The notes under the pieces are model-generated. The model ran no database searches and was not told the origin of the DNA. It was given only the letters and a program-made list of their open reading frames with translations. Below, one piece after another: positions 10,408-20,604 of a stretch of DNA of 64,000 bases. Within the stretch, counting starts at the first letter, position 1. Each line of letters begins with the position of its first letter. Source of the stretch: Candidatus Hydrogenedentota bacterium (GTDB lineage: Bacteria > Hydrogenedentota > Hydrogenedentia > Hydrogenedentales > JAEUWI01); contig JAXMOL010000002.1 in the NCBI GenBank assembly GCA_034669905.1, positions 160,001 to 224,000 on the forward strand, read 5' to 3'. The translations under genes and the position numbers were made by a program.

Positions 10408-10447
10408 CAAAACTAAAATGGCCTTCCCGCAGTAAACGGGAAGGCCA
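10408..10447 (-). terminator. intrinsic terminator of the ppiD-like gene
   Basis: TGGCCTTCCCG/CGGGAAGGCCA stem with T-rich tail on the minus strand. Confidence 0.75.
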
Positions 10448-10472
10448 GTGTACTCAGCACGTCATAACCGGC

Positions 10473-12473
10473 TCAGGAAGCCTCATCCGCCGCAGGCGTG
10501 GCCTCTTCTGCGGGCGCTTCTTCCGCCGCTGCTTCTTCTGCAGGGGCTTCCTCCGTCGTCGCAGCCGCTTCCTCCGTCGTGTCTTCCGACGAAATTTCGA
10601 TGATGTCCGTCGGCAGATCCGTCACCGGCTCGGCCTCTTCTTCACCGGCACTCACCATGGCGTTATAAGCCACTTCGTCCAGGGAAACGCTTACGAGGGG
10701 CAAGCGTTTTTCCTGCAGGTGGGTGGTGAAATCCTGGGTCAATTCGAAGCGGGCAGTCGCCAGCATCCGGTCCCGGATATCCTTCTCTTCTTCTTCCCAG
10801 TTTGCCTTCTCTTCTTCCGTCGCCTCGATACGATTCGTCAGGGCGATGAAATAGGTGCCGCCCAGGAAATCCGTGAGGGGGCCGGCCAACTGGTTTTCTT
10901 CTTTGTCCGCCAGCGCCGCGTAGATATCCTGCGTCTGCAGATAAATCTGGTCCTGGAAGAGATATTCCTTCTTGGTGAAGGGGCGGGTCTCTTTAATCTG
11001 GACGTTCAACTCGGGGAAGCTCGTCTTCACCTCGTCGAGGGTCTTGGCCTGGGCCGCGATCTTCTCGGCGTATTCCGTGGTGGCTTCGCGGTAGGACTCT
11101 TCGCCCTTCTTCGCGGCCGTCGCATCGGTGGTGACTTCCGCGCGCACGTCGGAAAGGGGCGGAATCGCACCCTCAACTTCGCTGGTCTTCTGGGCCACAT
11201 AGAGATTGTCGCGACCGGTAATCACGTTGAACTCGGGCGCTTCACGGCCCGCTTCTTCATCAATCGCCCGGCGGAACTGGAAGGAATCCACATTCGGAAT
11301 ACCTTCGATCTCCGTGGACTCCACATTGAAGCCGCTCGCCGTGGCCACTTCATAGCCCAACTCACTCGCCGCGGCGGCGAGATCTTTTTTCTCCCGCGTC
11401 AACGCAGCCAGTTTCTCGGCAGCCACTTCTTTCTCCAGCCGTTCGGAATCGGAAAGGGCCACGTTGATAAAGATGTGGCGGGCCTTGATTTCACGCTGCT
11501 GCGTTTCCTCGTTGGTACGCTCTTCTTCCACCTTGTAGATGTAGTAGCCATTCGGACCCTTTGCCGGGTCGCTGACTTCACCCACTGCCAGGGCGAAGAG
11601 GGGCTTGCGATAATCCAGTTCGGTTTCCCGCTCAGCCAACCAGCCGAGGTCCCCACCGTTTTTGGTTTCCAGGTCGGAAACTTCATCGGCCAGGGCCGCG
11701 AAGTCTTCGCCCCCACGGGCACGCTCGACAACCTTCGCCACTTCTTCACCGGGCCCACTGGGCTGGAGGGAAAAGGCCACATAGTTGGCCGTGTAAGTGG
11801 GCGGATCCTGATAGTTGGCCTTGTTTTCTTCGTAGTAGGCTTGCAGTTCTTCTTCGGAGAGTTCGACGGGCGGCTCGACCTTGATGTATTCCATCTGGAT
11901 CTTCGAGGTGTTGTCCACCAGCTCCTGCTTCACATCCTTGTCCAGAATGCGATTGGCCGAAGCGAGCTGTGCGCTCATATAGGCCTGGCGGGAGAGCTGC
12001 TCTTCGATGCTGGTGTAGACCGCGTCCCAATCCATATTCTGGTTGGCCTTCACCCACGCATTGAAACGGGCACCATTGAAGTTACCGGCATCATCCTGAA
12101 AGCTGGGATCTTCTTTCAACTGGTCTTCCAGAAAGCCCTGCTCCACGTGGAAGTTGCGCTTCTCCTCAATACTGGTGATGAGCGCCGACGTCAACATCTG
12201 CTCGAAGATTTCCCCCGCAACGCCCTGCTCCTGCAGTTCGGCGAAGGAAGGCACTTCCCCGGCGCCCTGGGACTGACGACGTCCCGCAGCCGTGAGGTTG
12301 CGATGAAACTCCGATGCCATTACCGGCACCCCCGCCACACGGGCCAGCTCCACGTCCTGTCCTGGCATGCCCGGCGCACCGCCCCAGGGAATGCCGAAGA
12401 ACAGCATGGGAACACCCACGACAAGGAATATGAAAATCAGCAACGCGCGTCTGTGCTTTCGAAAGAGATGCAC
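10473..12473 (-). CDS. ppiD: PpiD/SurA-type periplasmic peptidyl-prolyl isomerase chaperone
   Basis: N-terminal TM, SurA_N-like region, parvulin motifs GEDFAALADEVS..GGDLGW and IKARHIFI, acidic EA-rich tail. Confidence 0.8.
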   Translation of the reverse strand: MHLFRKHRRALLIFIFLVVGVPMLFFGIPWGGAPGMPGQDVELARVAGVPVMASEFHRNLTAAGRRQSQGAGEVPSFAELQEQGVAGEIFEQMLTSALITSIEEKRNFHVEQGFLEDQLKEDPSFQDDAGNFNGARFNAWVKANQNMDWDAVYTSIEEQLSRQAYMSAQLASANRILDKDVKQELVDNTSKIQMEYIKVEPPVELSEEELQAYYEENKANYQDPPTYTANYVAFSLQPSGPGEEVAKVVERARGGEDFAALADEVSDLETKNGGDLGWLAERETELDYRKPLFALAVGEVSDPAKGPNGYYIYKVEEERTNEETQQREIKARHIFINVALSDSERLEKEVAAEKLAALTREKKDLAAAASELGYEVATASGFNVESTEIEGIPNVDSFQFRRAIDEEAGREAPEFNVITGRDNLYVAQKTSEVEGAIPPLSDVRAEVTTDATAAKKGEESYREATTEYAEKIAAQAKTLDEVKTSFPELNVQIKETRPFTKKEYLFQDQIYLQTQDIYAALADKEENQLAGPLTDFLGGTYFIALTNRIEATEEEKANWEEEEKDIRDRMLATARFELTQDFTTHLQEKRLPLVSVSLDEVAYNAMVSAGEEEAEPVTDLPTDIIEISSEDTTEEAAATTEEAPAEEAAAEEAPAEEATPAADEAS

Positions 12474-12729
12474 CGATCTAAACCTCCGGTATCAGGATAG
12501 GTACCCGCCGCAACACCCGACAGTCGCTTGACTCGTGTTTGACGGCATAAAAAAGTACTGAGTGGTAAACCCGAGAACACTACCATATACCGTCTGATCT
12601 GTGCAAACCTATGGCGGATGGTGCGTTAAGTCGTGGAACACCCCCCGCGGCCCTTTACAGCGACCGACCCGCTTCCGTACCATAGGCCCCGGAATCAACC
12701 AGTGCACCCATCCGTGCCGGAGTCATCGC

Positions 12730-13494
12730 ATGTCCCGAAACCCGCACGTCACCGCCCTGTGCCTTTGCCTGGCGGTGGCCCCCCTGCTGAGCGGCTGCCC
12801 CACATCCGAGGGTCCGCCCCAATACACCGTGTTCATCGAAAATAACAGTAACCAACCCCTCGGACCCGTCGTGGCGGCTACCCACTCCACTGGCGTGGTC
12901 ATGTGGGAAGAAGGCCAACTCGCCAGCTCCGGCATGGGCTCCCTGGCGGAAACAGGTGAAATCGCCGAGCTCTTCAGCGAACTCCAGGCCCAATCCCAGG
13001 TCACCGACGTGGTCAGTTCCCGGATCCCCATGCCCTCCCAGGGCCGTGTCGTGCCGCGTTTTGCACCGGGCACGGTCGGAGGACCCGATCTCGTGGACAA
13101 CCAGCGCATCACCATTACGGCCCAACCCGGCGACGTCATTTCCCTCGCCAGCGGACTCTTGGGCACCAACGACGGCTTTTGGGGCCTCGACGCGGTGCCC
13201 CTGCCGGAATCGGGCTCCCTCATCTATTTCGCCCGGGGCTATGACGCCGGCACCGAAGAAAATAATGAACTGGAGGCCTTCGTAAACGATGACGCCTCCC
13301 GCCTGGGCCCGGCGGTCATCCCCGGCGACGACCCCGAGACGGAAGAGGAGCCCGACAACCGCCGGGAAGCCACGTCGCCGCCCCAGGGTATCCGTGCGCA
13401 CACCGGCATCACGGGAGAAAACGATATCCCGGCAGCCTTTGATTTCGACGGTATCCTCCTCCAGGTAACCATTACGGCGGTCGAAACCCCATGA
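12730..13494 (+). CDS. spondin-domain lipoprotein
   Basis: LLSGC lipobox; QPLGPVVAATH, LAETG, TNDGFWG, YDAGTEEN motifs of Spondin_N. Confidence 0.8.
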   Translation: MSRNPHVTALCLCLAVAPLLSGCPTSEGPPQYTVFIENNSNQPLGPVVAATHSTGVVMWEEGQLASSGMGSLAETGEIAELFSELQAQSQVTDVVSSRIPMPSQGRVVPRFAPGTVGGPDLVDNQRITITAQPGDVISLASGLLGTNDGFWGLDAVPLPESGSLIYFARGYDAGTEENNELEAFVNDDASRLGPAVIPGDDPETEEEPDNRREATSPPQGIRAHTGITGENDIPAAFDFDGILLQVTITAVETP

Positions 13495-13889
13495 AGTGGC
13501 GTTATTACGGCGCTATCGGGGCCTATTGCGCCTTTATTTTCTGGATCTCCCACCAGTCCCGCCCCCCCGGCTCCAGCATCGATTTCGAAAACTCGGACAA
13601 GGTCGCCCACTTTCTCGTCTATGCCGTTTTGGCGACGCTGATCTCGGTGGGGCTCCACCGCGCCCCCCGGACGTACCGCCCCGCTGTACTTCACGGGGTG
13701 CCGATCGTCTTTGCCTCGCTTTATGGCATCTCAGACGAAGTACACCAGCTCTTTGTGCCCGGTAGAACCTTTTCCTACCAGGATATGATGGCCGACGCAT
13801 TGGGGGCTGTGGCGGGGCACGGAGCCTGTCTCTTCTTCTTTCGAATCCGCCCCCAGGGAAACTTATCGGAAGAAGAGGGAACTTCCTGA
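13491..13889 (+). CDS. VanZ family membrane protein
   Basis: DKVAHFLVYAVL, YGISDEVHQLFVPGRT..DMMAD. Confidence 0.9.
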   Translation: MKWRYYGAIGAYCAFIFWISHQSRPPGSSIDFENSDKVAHFLVYAVLATLISVGLHRAPRTYRPAVLHGVPIVFASLYGISDEVHQLFVPGRTFSYQDMMADALGAVAGHGACLFFFRIRPQGNLSEEEGTS

Positions 13890-14057
13890 CCCGCGACCGG
13901 TATTAAATCAGGGAGTCGCCCAGGACAGCGGAGCCGAACCTTTGCCCGGATCTCGCCCTGAATGATAAACTGAAGGCAGTGGACATGGGCAGCTACCCGT
14001 GTGAATTCCCGCGCCTGCGGGTATGATTTGCAATTGAATGCGTTCTTGTCCGCTATT

Positions 14058-14311
14058 ATGGGCCGGACTTTCAGCCCGTATTCTATTTAACCTTGATTTC
14101 CTGGGGCGGTGCCCCAGACTGCTATGTCTCGCGCCTTTGGCGCTACGGAAGTAGGCGTGGTTGCATTGCGGATAACGTGTGCAGGGCCAACGGCCCCGTA
14201 AGATATCAGCATGGAGCAACGCCCCATGATTCGAGCCCATAAATGCGTAAAGGGCTGAAAGCCCCAGCCACCGCACGACGCAGCGACACCGAAACGTGGT
14301 GGCGATACGGT
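14058..14311. repeat. ~255 bp imperfect-palindrome REPIN-like element, copy A
   Basis: Colinear with 37361-37616 and 38136-38392; ends GGACTTTCAGCCC / GGGCTGAAAGCCC. Confidence 0.85.
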
Positions 14312-14405
14312 TTTCCAGCGGTGAATAGGCTGCGCCAGTGCGAACAACAGCCCATCTGCCTAAATCAGACCACGACAGGCACCCGCCCGATACAGGAAAA
14401 AGACC

Positions 14406-16580
14406 ATGGCCGAAGATACCAACGAAGAACTGAAAGAGGCAAAAACCAAACGGGGTTGTGCCGGACTTTTCTTTTTCCTCATGCTCGTCATGGGCTCCCT
14501 CTGGGGGGCCGGACTCGGCGTATTCGTCTGGGTCCTGGAAGACGCGAAAAGCACCATCTCGGCCCTGGAAGAGTTCCGACCCAATATCGGCAGTAAGATC
14601 TTCTCCAGCGACGGCGAATTGCTCGGCCAGTTTACCATTGAAGAACGCCAGCTCGTCCCCCTCAATGAGATGCCCCTCCACCTCATCAAGGCCTTTGTCG
14701 CCACCGAAGATCACCCCTTTTATGAGCACAAAGGTGTGCGCCCCGACGCCATCATCAATGCCGCGCTCCAGGGCCTCCGGACCGGCCACTTCCGCGGCGG
14801 CAGCACCATCACCCAGCAGGTCGTGCGTAACGTCAAAGATCTCTCTATCGGCAGCGAGCGCACCATTCAGCGAAAAATTAAAGAGGCCATCGTGGCCCTC
14901 CAGGTGGAACGGGAATTCACCAAGGACGAAATTCTTGAGCTCTACCTCAACCAGATATTCCTCGGCATCAGCGCCTATGGCGTCGAAGCCGCCTCCCTCC
15001 AATACTACTCCAAGAGCTGCCGCGACCTGACCCTCGGTGAAGCGGCCACCCTCGCCGGCCTCACCCGGGCACCCAATATCCAGGAACCTATCCACAACCC
15101 GGAAAACGCCCTGGCCCGGCGAAACATCGTCCTCGCCCAGATGCTGGACCCCCAGAACGGTTTCATCACCCAGGAAGAATATGAGGCCGCCATCGCCGAA
15201 GACCTGGACGCCTCGGTCATCACCCCGGAAGAACGCCTCGAGAAGGAAGCCAGGGGCGAAGGGGTGTGGGCACCGGCCAAGTTCAAGGCACCCTATTTCG
15301 TCGAAGAGGTCCGCCGTAAGATTTACAACGAATACGACAAGGAAGAAGTGCTCGAGCAGGGCATGGAAATCTACACCAGCGTCGATATGCGCATGCAGCG
15401 TGCCGCTGAGAAAGCCCTCCTCGATCGACTCGAACACTTTGACAACAACAAACGCACCTGGCTCACCAAGGTTGGGCGGGAAGATGAGTTTGTGCCCGTC
15501 TCCGGGGCCCTCGTCTGCATCGACAACCGCCCCGGATACGAAGGCATGGTCCGCGCCATGGTGGGCGGACGCGATTTCGACACCATTAAATTCAACAGCG
15601 CTACCCAGGCCAAACGACTCATCGGCTCCAGCATCAAGCCCTTCGTCTGGGCCGCTGCGGTGTCCGCCGGCCTCACCCCCTCCACGGTCATCATCGATGA
15701 GCCCTTCGTAAAACGCGACGCCATCGGCCGCGTCTGGCGCCCCAAAAACTTCGACGGAAAATTTCACGGGCCCATGCCCATTCGCTATGCCCTCGAGCGC
15801 TCCGTCAACATTGTCTCCATCAAGCTCGTCGAACAACTCGGCGTGCCCTATGTCCGCTCCTACCTCCAGAGCTGCGGTATCCAGACCGACGTGCAGGGCC
15901 TCACCATCGCCCTCGGCACGCCCCAGGTCTCCGTCCTGGAACTCTGCAGCGCCTATGGCACCTTTGCCAACAACGGCTGGCTCTACAGCCCGGTCTTGAT
16001 TACAGAAATTAAAGATCGCGACGGCCTTACCCGCTACGATTACACCGAAACCGCGCGCAAAGACAAGGCCATGGAAGAAGACGTGGCCTACGTCGTCAAC
16101 CACATGCTCCAGGGCGTTGCCACCCCGGCCGGCGGAAGCCTTGGCTACCAGCCCACCGCCTGGCGCACCCACGTCCTCGAACGCCCCCGGGGCGGCAAAA
16201 CCGGCACCACCAACGACAGCCGCGATGCCTGGTTCTCCGGCTTCACCAAAGACTTCACCTGTGTCGTCTGGGTGGGCTACTCCGACAACCGTCCCCTGGG
16301 CAAAGGCCGCGACCACGACGGCATGACCTTCACCGGCGGACACCAGGCCGCCCCCATCTGGATCGAGTTCATGAAGGAAGCCCAGAAGGGCATGCCCGTG
16401 CGCGACTTTGAAGTCCCCGACAACGTGGAGTTCTTCAACATTAATCGCCGCCGCGGCGACCTCGGCGGCAACTACCGCGAAGCCTTTATCAAAGGCACCC
16501 GCCCCCCGGAAGCCTGGTATGGCGATGTCTACGAGGCCATCCAAACCGTCGACGAAGAGCTCGAACTGGAGTCACTGTAA
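14406..16580 (+). CDS. mrcA: penicillin-binding protein 1A (class A)
   Basis: ATEDHPFYEH, GGSTITQQ, RKIKE, YLNQI transglycosylase motifs; GSSIKP, SVN, GKTGT transpeptidase motifs. Confidence 0.93.
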   Translation: MAEDTNEELKEAKTKRGCAGLFFFLMLVMGSLWGAGLGVFVWVLEDAKSTISALEEFRPNIGSKIFSSDGELLGQFTIEERQLVPLNEMPLHLIKAFVATEDHPFYEHKGVRPDAIINAALQGLRTGHFRGGSTITQQVVRNVKDLSIGSERTIQRKIKEAIVALQVEREFTKDEILELYLNQIFLGISAYGVEAASLQYYSKSCRDLTLGEAATLAGLTRAPNIQEPIHNPENALARRNIVLAQMLDPQNGFITQEEYEAAIAEDLDASVITPEERLEKEARGEGVWAPAKFKAPYFVEEVRRKIYNEYDKEEVLEQGMEIYTSVDMRMQRAAEKALLDRLEHFDNNKRTWLTKVGREDEFVPVSGALVCIDNRPGYEGMVRAMVGGRDFDTIKFNSATQAKRLIGSSIKPFVWAAAVSAGLTPSTVIIDEPFVKRDAIGRVWRPKNFDGKFHGPMPIRYALERSVNIVSIKLVEQLGVPYVRSYLQSCGIQTDVQGLTIALGTPQVSVLELCSAYGTFANNGWLYSPVLITEIKDRDGLTRYDYTETARKDKAMEEDVAYVVNHMLQGVATPAGGSLGYQPTAWRTHVLERPRGGKTGTTNDSRDAWFSGFTKDFTCVVWVGYSDNRPLGKGRDHDGMTFTGGHQAAPIWIEFMKEAQKGMPVRDFEVPDNVEFFNINRRRGDLGGNYREAFIKGTRPPEAWYGDVYEAIQTVDEELELESL

Positions 16581-16584
16581 CCGC

Positions 16585-16692
16585 TGGGACGCTCTGCCGC
16601 AAGACCACATCACCGTAATCAAGGGCACCGGCCCGCAAGAAGCCACACCCAACCCACGCACAAACACCCCAACGCGGCTGCGTGTCCCGGTG
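16585..16692. repeat. diverged copy of the GGGACGTTCTGCCGC...GCGGCTGCATGTCCCGGTGG element
   Basis: Same termini as 37149-37259 and 37834-37944. Confidence 0.6.
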
Positions 16693-16749
16693 GAAATGTA
16701 AACTCACTACGACCCCAGAAAAGCTTACCCCCAAAGCCCCTCTACACTC

Positions 16750-17316
16750 CTATCCCTCTGACGGCGGGCCCCAGGCCGGGGACTCCCCAACGGGCTCGGG
16801 TGCGGGGGCCTGTACCGGCTCGGCCGCAGGCGCTTCGCCACGTTGTGCGGCTTCGATGAAGGGCAACACGAGGGCGATGGCTTTTTCCGCAGCACGCTTT
16901 CGTCCGAGAGAATAAAGCGGCGCCTCGGAGGTCGCGGTGTAGAGGGTCGTCCGACAGGAGGGACCCAGCAAGAGATTCACAACCAGGCAAATGGCCGGTA
17001 GTACCATGAAAAAAGCGGTAACCGCGATGACCGACGCGGGAGAACCGGAGGCGGCCAAGAGGGCAATCAAAAGTCCCATGGAGACGAGCACCACCGTCAA
17101 TATGATGGTAAGCACCCGGGAGGCATTGGTAGGCCCACAGACGATGGCCTGTATGTCCCCATAGTAATAACGTTTCACCACTTCCCGATATCCGGATATC
17201 TCCCGATAAAGGAGATACTCGGGAGAAAGCCACAGCTGGTGCCGCTGTGAAGACCATCCAAAGGCCTTCACGGAACGTCCCGGTAACCGACTCATCTGTA
17301 TCATACTTGGGTCCAT
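16750..17316 (-). CDS. hypothetical membrane protein
   Basis: Two TMs after RYYYGDIQAI; last gene of the RDD operon. Confidence 0.7.
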   Translation of the reverse strand: MDPSMIQMSRLPGRSVKAFGWSSQRHQLWLSPEYLLYREISGYREVVKRYYYGDIQAIVCGPTNASRVLTIILTVVLVSMGLLIALLAASGSPASVIAVTAFFMVLPAICLVVNLLLGPSCRTTLYTATSEAPLYSLGRKRAAEKAIALVLPFIEAAQRGEAPAAEPVQAPAPEPVGESPAWGPPSEG

Positions 17317-17344
17317 TCGAGTTCACCGCACGCGGCACCACATG

Positions 17345-17926
17345 CTAGAAACTGATAAAAAGCGTCGTCAGGTAGGTGGCCCAGCCCGTCATCGTGACAA
17401 AGGCGAGCACCAGAGAAAAGATCATGCCCCACTTGCGATAAGGGACCGGCCGCCAGGGCTCGTTCCAATAGCGCCATCCCATGAAGAGCGCGACCGGTGC
17501 GATGAAGGCCCCCAGAAAAAAGAGCACGACGGAGAAGAGCGCCAGCCCGAACACGATGCGATCATAGTGAATATACTCCGTCCTTAAGTCGCTGTGCTTG
17601 CTTTCGTCACTGCCCCGGTGTTCAATACAATTGCTGCACAGGTGCTCCCCGTTCCAGTCAATATCGCACAGGGCACACAAAAATTTCCCGCACCCGTCAC
17701 AGACCGAGACCGCCCGCTTATTGGGGTGGTTCATGCAACTGCTGTGCCCCTCATCCAACACCACCTGCGCGGCTTCGCTCTTCTTGGTTTGATAGAGCGC
17801 CGGAAAAAGCCAGAGCCGGGTGGGCTTCTGACAATGGGCGCACGTCAATGTGCCGCCCCCCACGGCCTCGGGCAAACTCAGCGCATGGTCACAAGCGCTA
17901 CAACGAACTATGGTATTCCGCACCAT
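17345..17926 (-). CDS. zinc-ribbon/B-box-like membrane protein
   Basis: CSAC..CAHC ribbon, CMNH..CDGCGKFLCALC..LCSNC, C-terminal TMs. Confidence 0.75.
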   Translation of the reverse strand: MVRNTIVRCSACDHALSLPEAVGGGTLTCAHCQKPTRLWLFPALYQTKKSEAAQVVLDEGHSSCMNHPNKRAVSVCDGCGKFLCALCDIDWNGEHLCSNCIEHRGSDESKHSDLRTEYIHYDRIVFGLALFSVVLFFLGAFIAPVALFMGWRYWNEPWRPVPYRKWGMIFSLVLAFVTMTGWATYLTTLFISF

Positions 17927-17934
17927 CGGCCTCC

Positions 17935-18714
17935 CTATTTTCGCACTACGCGGGTATCACAAATATGATCATGCAGGGCCCGCTTCTCGCTGTCAAAGGC
18001 CGCGATGATATAGCCAATCATCAGCGTAAAACTACTCAACAGCGTTCCCAGATAGCGCCCGAAGGCACGCCAATAGCTTACCCGGGATCCATCACTCCGA
18101 ATGACCTTCAAGCCAAAGGCCATTTTCCCCGGCGTGGCACCATACTTCCCGATAAACCACACTTCGTAGGTGATGCCAATGGCCATAGAAAGCAGCGTCG
18201 CAACCGCGAAATACACATAGTCCGACGGGGCAGCGGCCGGTCCGAATAGACCAGCCGGGTCAGCAGGCCCAATCCCAAACAAGGCCTCGATGAGGCTCTG
18301 CAAGACCCCCACAAAACCCAGGATGCACCCATCAATGAAGCGCGCAAAAAAACGAACCCAGAAGCCACCGTAGTGCCAGTCGACAAGCGTACCGCCCCCT
18401 TCGCGGATACGTTGGAAGAATACGTCTTTACAGGCCGCACACACCCGATGCTGTTCATAAACTATCAGCTCATCGGTGGGAAAGGATAGGCCACACTCCA
18501 CACAGGGGGCCGTAGCCCCCGCTTCATCGGAGCCTTCGACGCCGGCTGGAATAACCGGCCTCCCCGCGATCGTGCGATAGGGTTGCCAATCGGCCATCCC
18601 TTCGCGCCAGACCAGGGTCTGACCTGTCACCGCCCCGGACGCGACGAGGGCGGTAAAATCCTCATCGTCAACCGGGCCGATACGCTCATCGCCCTGTGCG
18701 TAATACCACGCCAT
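17935..18714 (-). CDS. GYF_2 (DUF4339)-zinc ribbon-RDD protein
   Basis: WYYAQGDERIGP..LVWREGMADWQP; CVEC..CAAC; GFWVRFFARFID, ATPGK, RALHDHICDTRVV. Confidence 0.9.
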   Translation of the reverse strand: MAWYYAQGDERIGPVDDEDFTALVASGAVTGQTLVWREGMADWQPYRTIAGRPVIPAGVEGSDEAGATAPCVECGLSFPTDELIVYEQHRVCAACKDVFFQRIREGGGTLVDWHYGGFWVRFFARFIDGCILGFVGVLQSLIEALFGIGPADPAGLFGPAAAPSDYVYFAVATLLSMAIGITYEVWFIGKYGATPGKMAFGLKVIRSDGSRVSYWRAFGRYLGTLLSSFTLMIGYIIAAFDSEKRALHDHICDTRVVRK

Positions 18715-18771
18715 CGCTCCACCTCAATTTTCCCGGGCACCCACACGGCCCCCGCCCCCGGTCAATGCATC

Positions 18772-19581
18772 CTATTTATAGACCACCCGGGTATCACAAA
18801 TGCGATCATGAAGGGCCCGCTTTTCATCGTCAAAGGCCGCCATGATAAAGCCGATAAGCAGGATGATATAGCTCAGCCAGGTGCTGAACATGCGACCGGT
18901 GGCCCGCCCGTACGAAACCGGTGCGCCATCGCTCCGAATCACCTTGATACCCACCGACATCTTGCCCGGGGTCGCACCATATTTCCCGATAAACACAATC
19001 TCATAAACGATGGGCAGGATAAAACCGATCAGCCCGCCCAATATCCCTGCGACGGCATCAAACTCATCGCCGCCACCGGCCGCAGAATTGATTAACGCCC
19101 CGACGAAACCGACGACAAACGAGATCGCGAGGGTTGCGATATTAATAATGAATCCATCCACGATACGCGCACCGACACGAACCCAGAATCCCGCATAGCG
19201 AAAGGCGCCGCGGATTCCGCCCCCTTCGCGTACGCGCTGGAAGAACACGTCTTTGCACTCCGCACAGACCAGGTGCTCTTCATAGGGCACCATTTCATCG
19301 CGGGGAAAACTGCGTCCACACTCCACACAGCCCGCCACCGTCTGCTCGCCATACAATGATTCCGGCATCGCAGCGTCTCCGGCTGCAACGGGCGAGGGCG
19401 TGGAAGCGACCGGGGCGGACGCTCCAACCTGGGCCACACTGCCCAAGGGTTGCCAGTCGGCCATGCCCTCTTTCCATACCAGGGTTTCGGCCGTGATCGC
19501 GCCCGAACGGACCAGCTGATCCATGGCCGCGTCATCGACGGGTCCCATACGTTCATCGCCCCGTGCGTAATACCAGTTCAA
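18772..19581 (-). CDS. GYF_2 (DUF4339)-zinc ribbon-RDD protein, paralog
   Basis: Same architecture as adjacent gene; probable TTG start after GGAGGG. Confidence 0.9.
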   Translation of the reverse strand: MNWYYARGDERMGPVDDAAMDQLVRSGAITAETLVWKEGMADWQPLGSVAQVGASAPVASTPSPVAAGDAAMPESLYGEQTVAGCVECGRSFPRDEMVPYEEHLVCAECKDVFFQRVREGGGIRGAFRYAGFWVRVGARIVDGFIINIATLAISFVVGFVGALINSAAGGGDEFDAVAGILGGLIGFILPIVYEIVFIGKYGATPGKMSVGIKVIRSDGAPVSYGRATGRMFSTWLSYIILLIGFIMAAFDDEKRALHDRICDTRVVYK

Positions 19582-19817
19582 AGCAGCGCCCTCCCGGGAG
19601 TTCCCAGTCCGTTGATTCGTGGGTACAGTGGTGCGCACCCAATGCGCACCCGAAGTGTCCGCGTCATCCTACCCGAAGGGGACCGGGCTGATCGAATTTC
19701 GTGCCTTGCACACCTTATTTACCCCGCCACCGTGTGCGACGTATACTGGAGCCACGGTTGTCCAGGCCGAGATACCCCGGCACCCTGGAAAAGGCTGTCA
19801 CGAAAGAGGAGAGAGAC

Positions 19818-20597
19818 GTGCCCGAACCCTTTGATATCTCCAGCATCGAGCTTCCAGAGGATTCAGAAGTACATGCGTTGCTGCGCAAGTGCCCCGATGT
19901 GGAGGGAATCCGATTTACCAACGACGAGTTCCTGGTCCACGGCGAAGACACGGCCATGGACATCTTCCTCATTCTGCGCGGCAATTGCCTGGTAGAGCAG
20001 CCCGACGCCCCCCGCGAACGCACGCCCGGAAGTGAACTGGCCGTCATTCAGGCGGAGCCCGACTCCCCCGTTTTCATCGGCGAAATGGCCTACCTCGGTG
20101 GCGGCTACCGCACCGCTTCGGTCCGCAGCGTCATGGCCACCCATGTCATCCGGCTCCAACCCCACCATCTCGACACCATCATGGAAGAACTCCCCCGCTT
20201 AACGCGAATCCTCTGTCGGCAATTCGCACAACGGCTCGGGGAAGCCAACGCCTTCATCAAGAGCTACCAGGAACTGAACGCCATGGAGGCGTCCCAACGT
20301 TTCCTGAAAACGGGCGATATCCTGGTAAACGCGGGCGACCCTGCCGAGCGCCTGTATCAGGTCATTGACGGGTGTGTCGCGGAAACCGATGGCGGTGAAG
20401 CCGTCATCCAGCACGGAAATGGGCCGTCCACCTTCGTGCATGCGGCGGAGTTCTTCGCCGAAGGCACCCACCCCTTTGGCGTGGTCGCCCGCTCGTCCAG
20501 CATCGTGTTGGGACTCGAACGCTCCCGCGTGGAAGCCGTTGTCCGTAATTTCCCCGAACTGGCCCTGTCCCTGTTGCGCGGTGAAAACAGCCCCTAG
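19818..20597 (+). CDS. tandem cyclic-nucleotide-binding domain protein
   Basis: FIGEMAYLGGGYRTASVRS; second degenerate cNMP domain GDILVNAGDPAERLYQVIDG; no HTH. Confidence 0.8.
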   Translation: MPEPFDISSIELPEDSEVHALLRKCPDVEGIRFTNDEFLVHGEDTAMDIFLILRGNCLVEQPDAPRERTPGSELAVIQAEPDSPVFIGEMAYLGGGYRTASVRSVMATHVIRLQPHHLDTIMEELPRLTRILCRQFAQRLGEANAFIKSYQELNAMEASQRFLKTGDILVNAGDPAERLYQVIDGCVAETDGGEAVIQHGNGPSTFVHAAEFFAEGTHPFGVVARSSSIVLGLERSRVEAVVRNFPELALSLLRGENSP

Positions 20598-20604
20598 ACC
20601 GCGC

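Noticed and set aside
13908..16544. Long antisense ORFs (878 aa here; also 1918-3417, 10719-12500, 29724-31031, 50268-52400)
   Set aside because: Shadow frames opposite well-supported genes, expected from high-GC codon bias; no recognisable motifs
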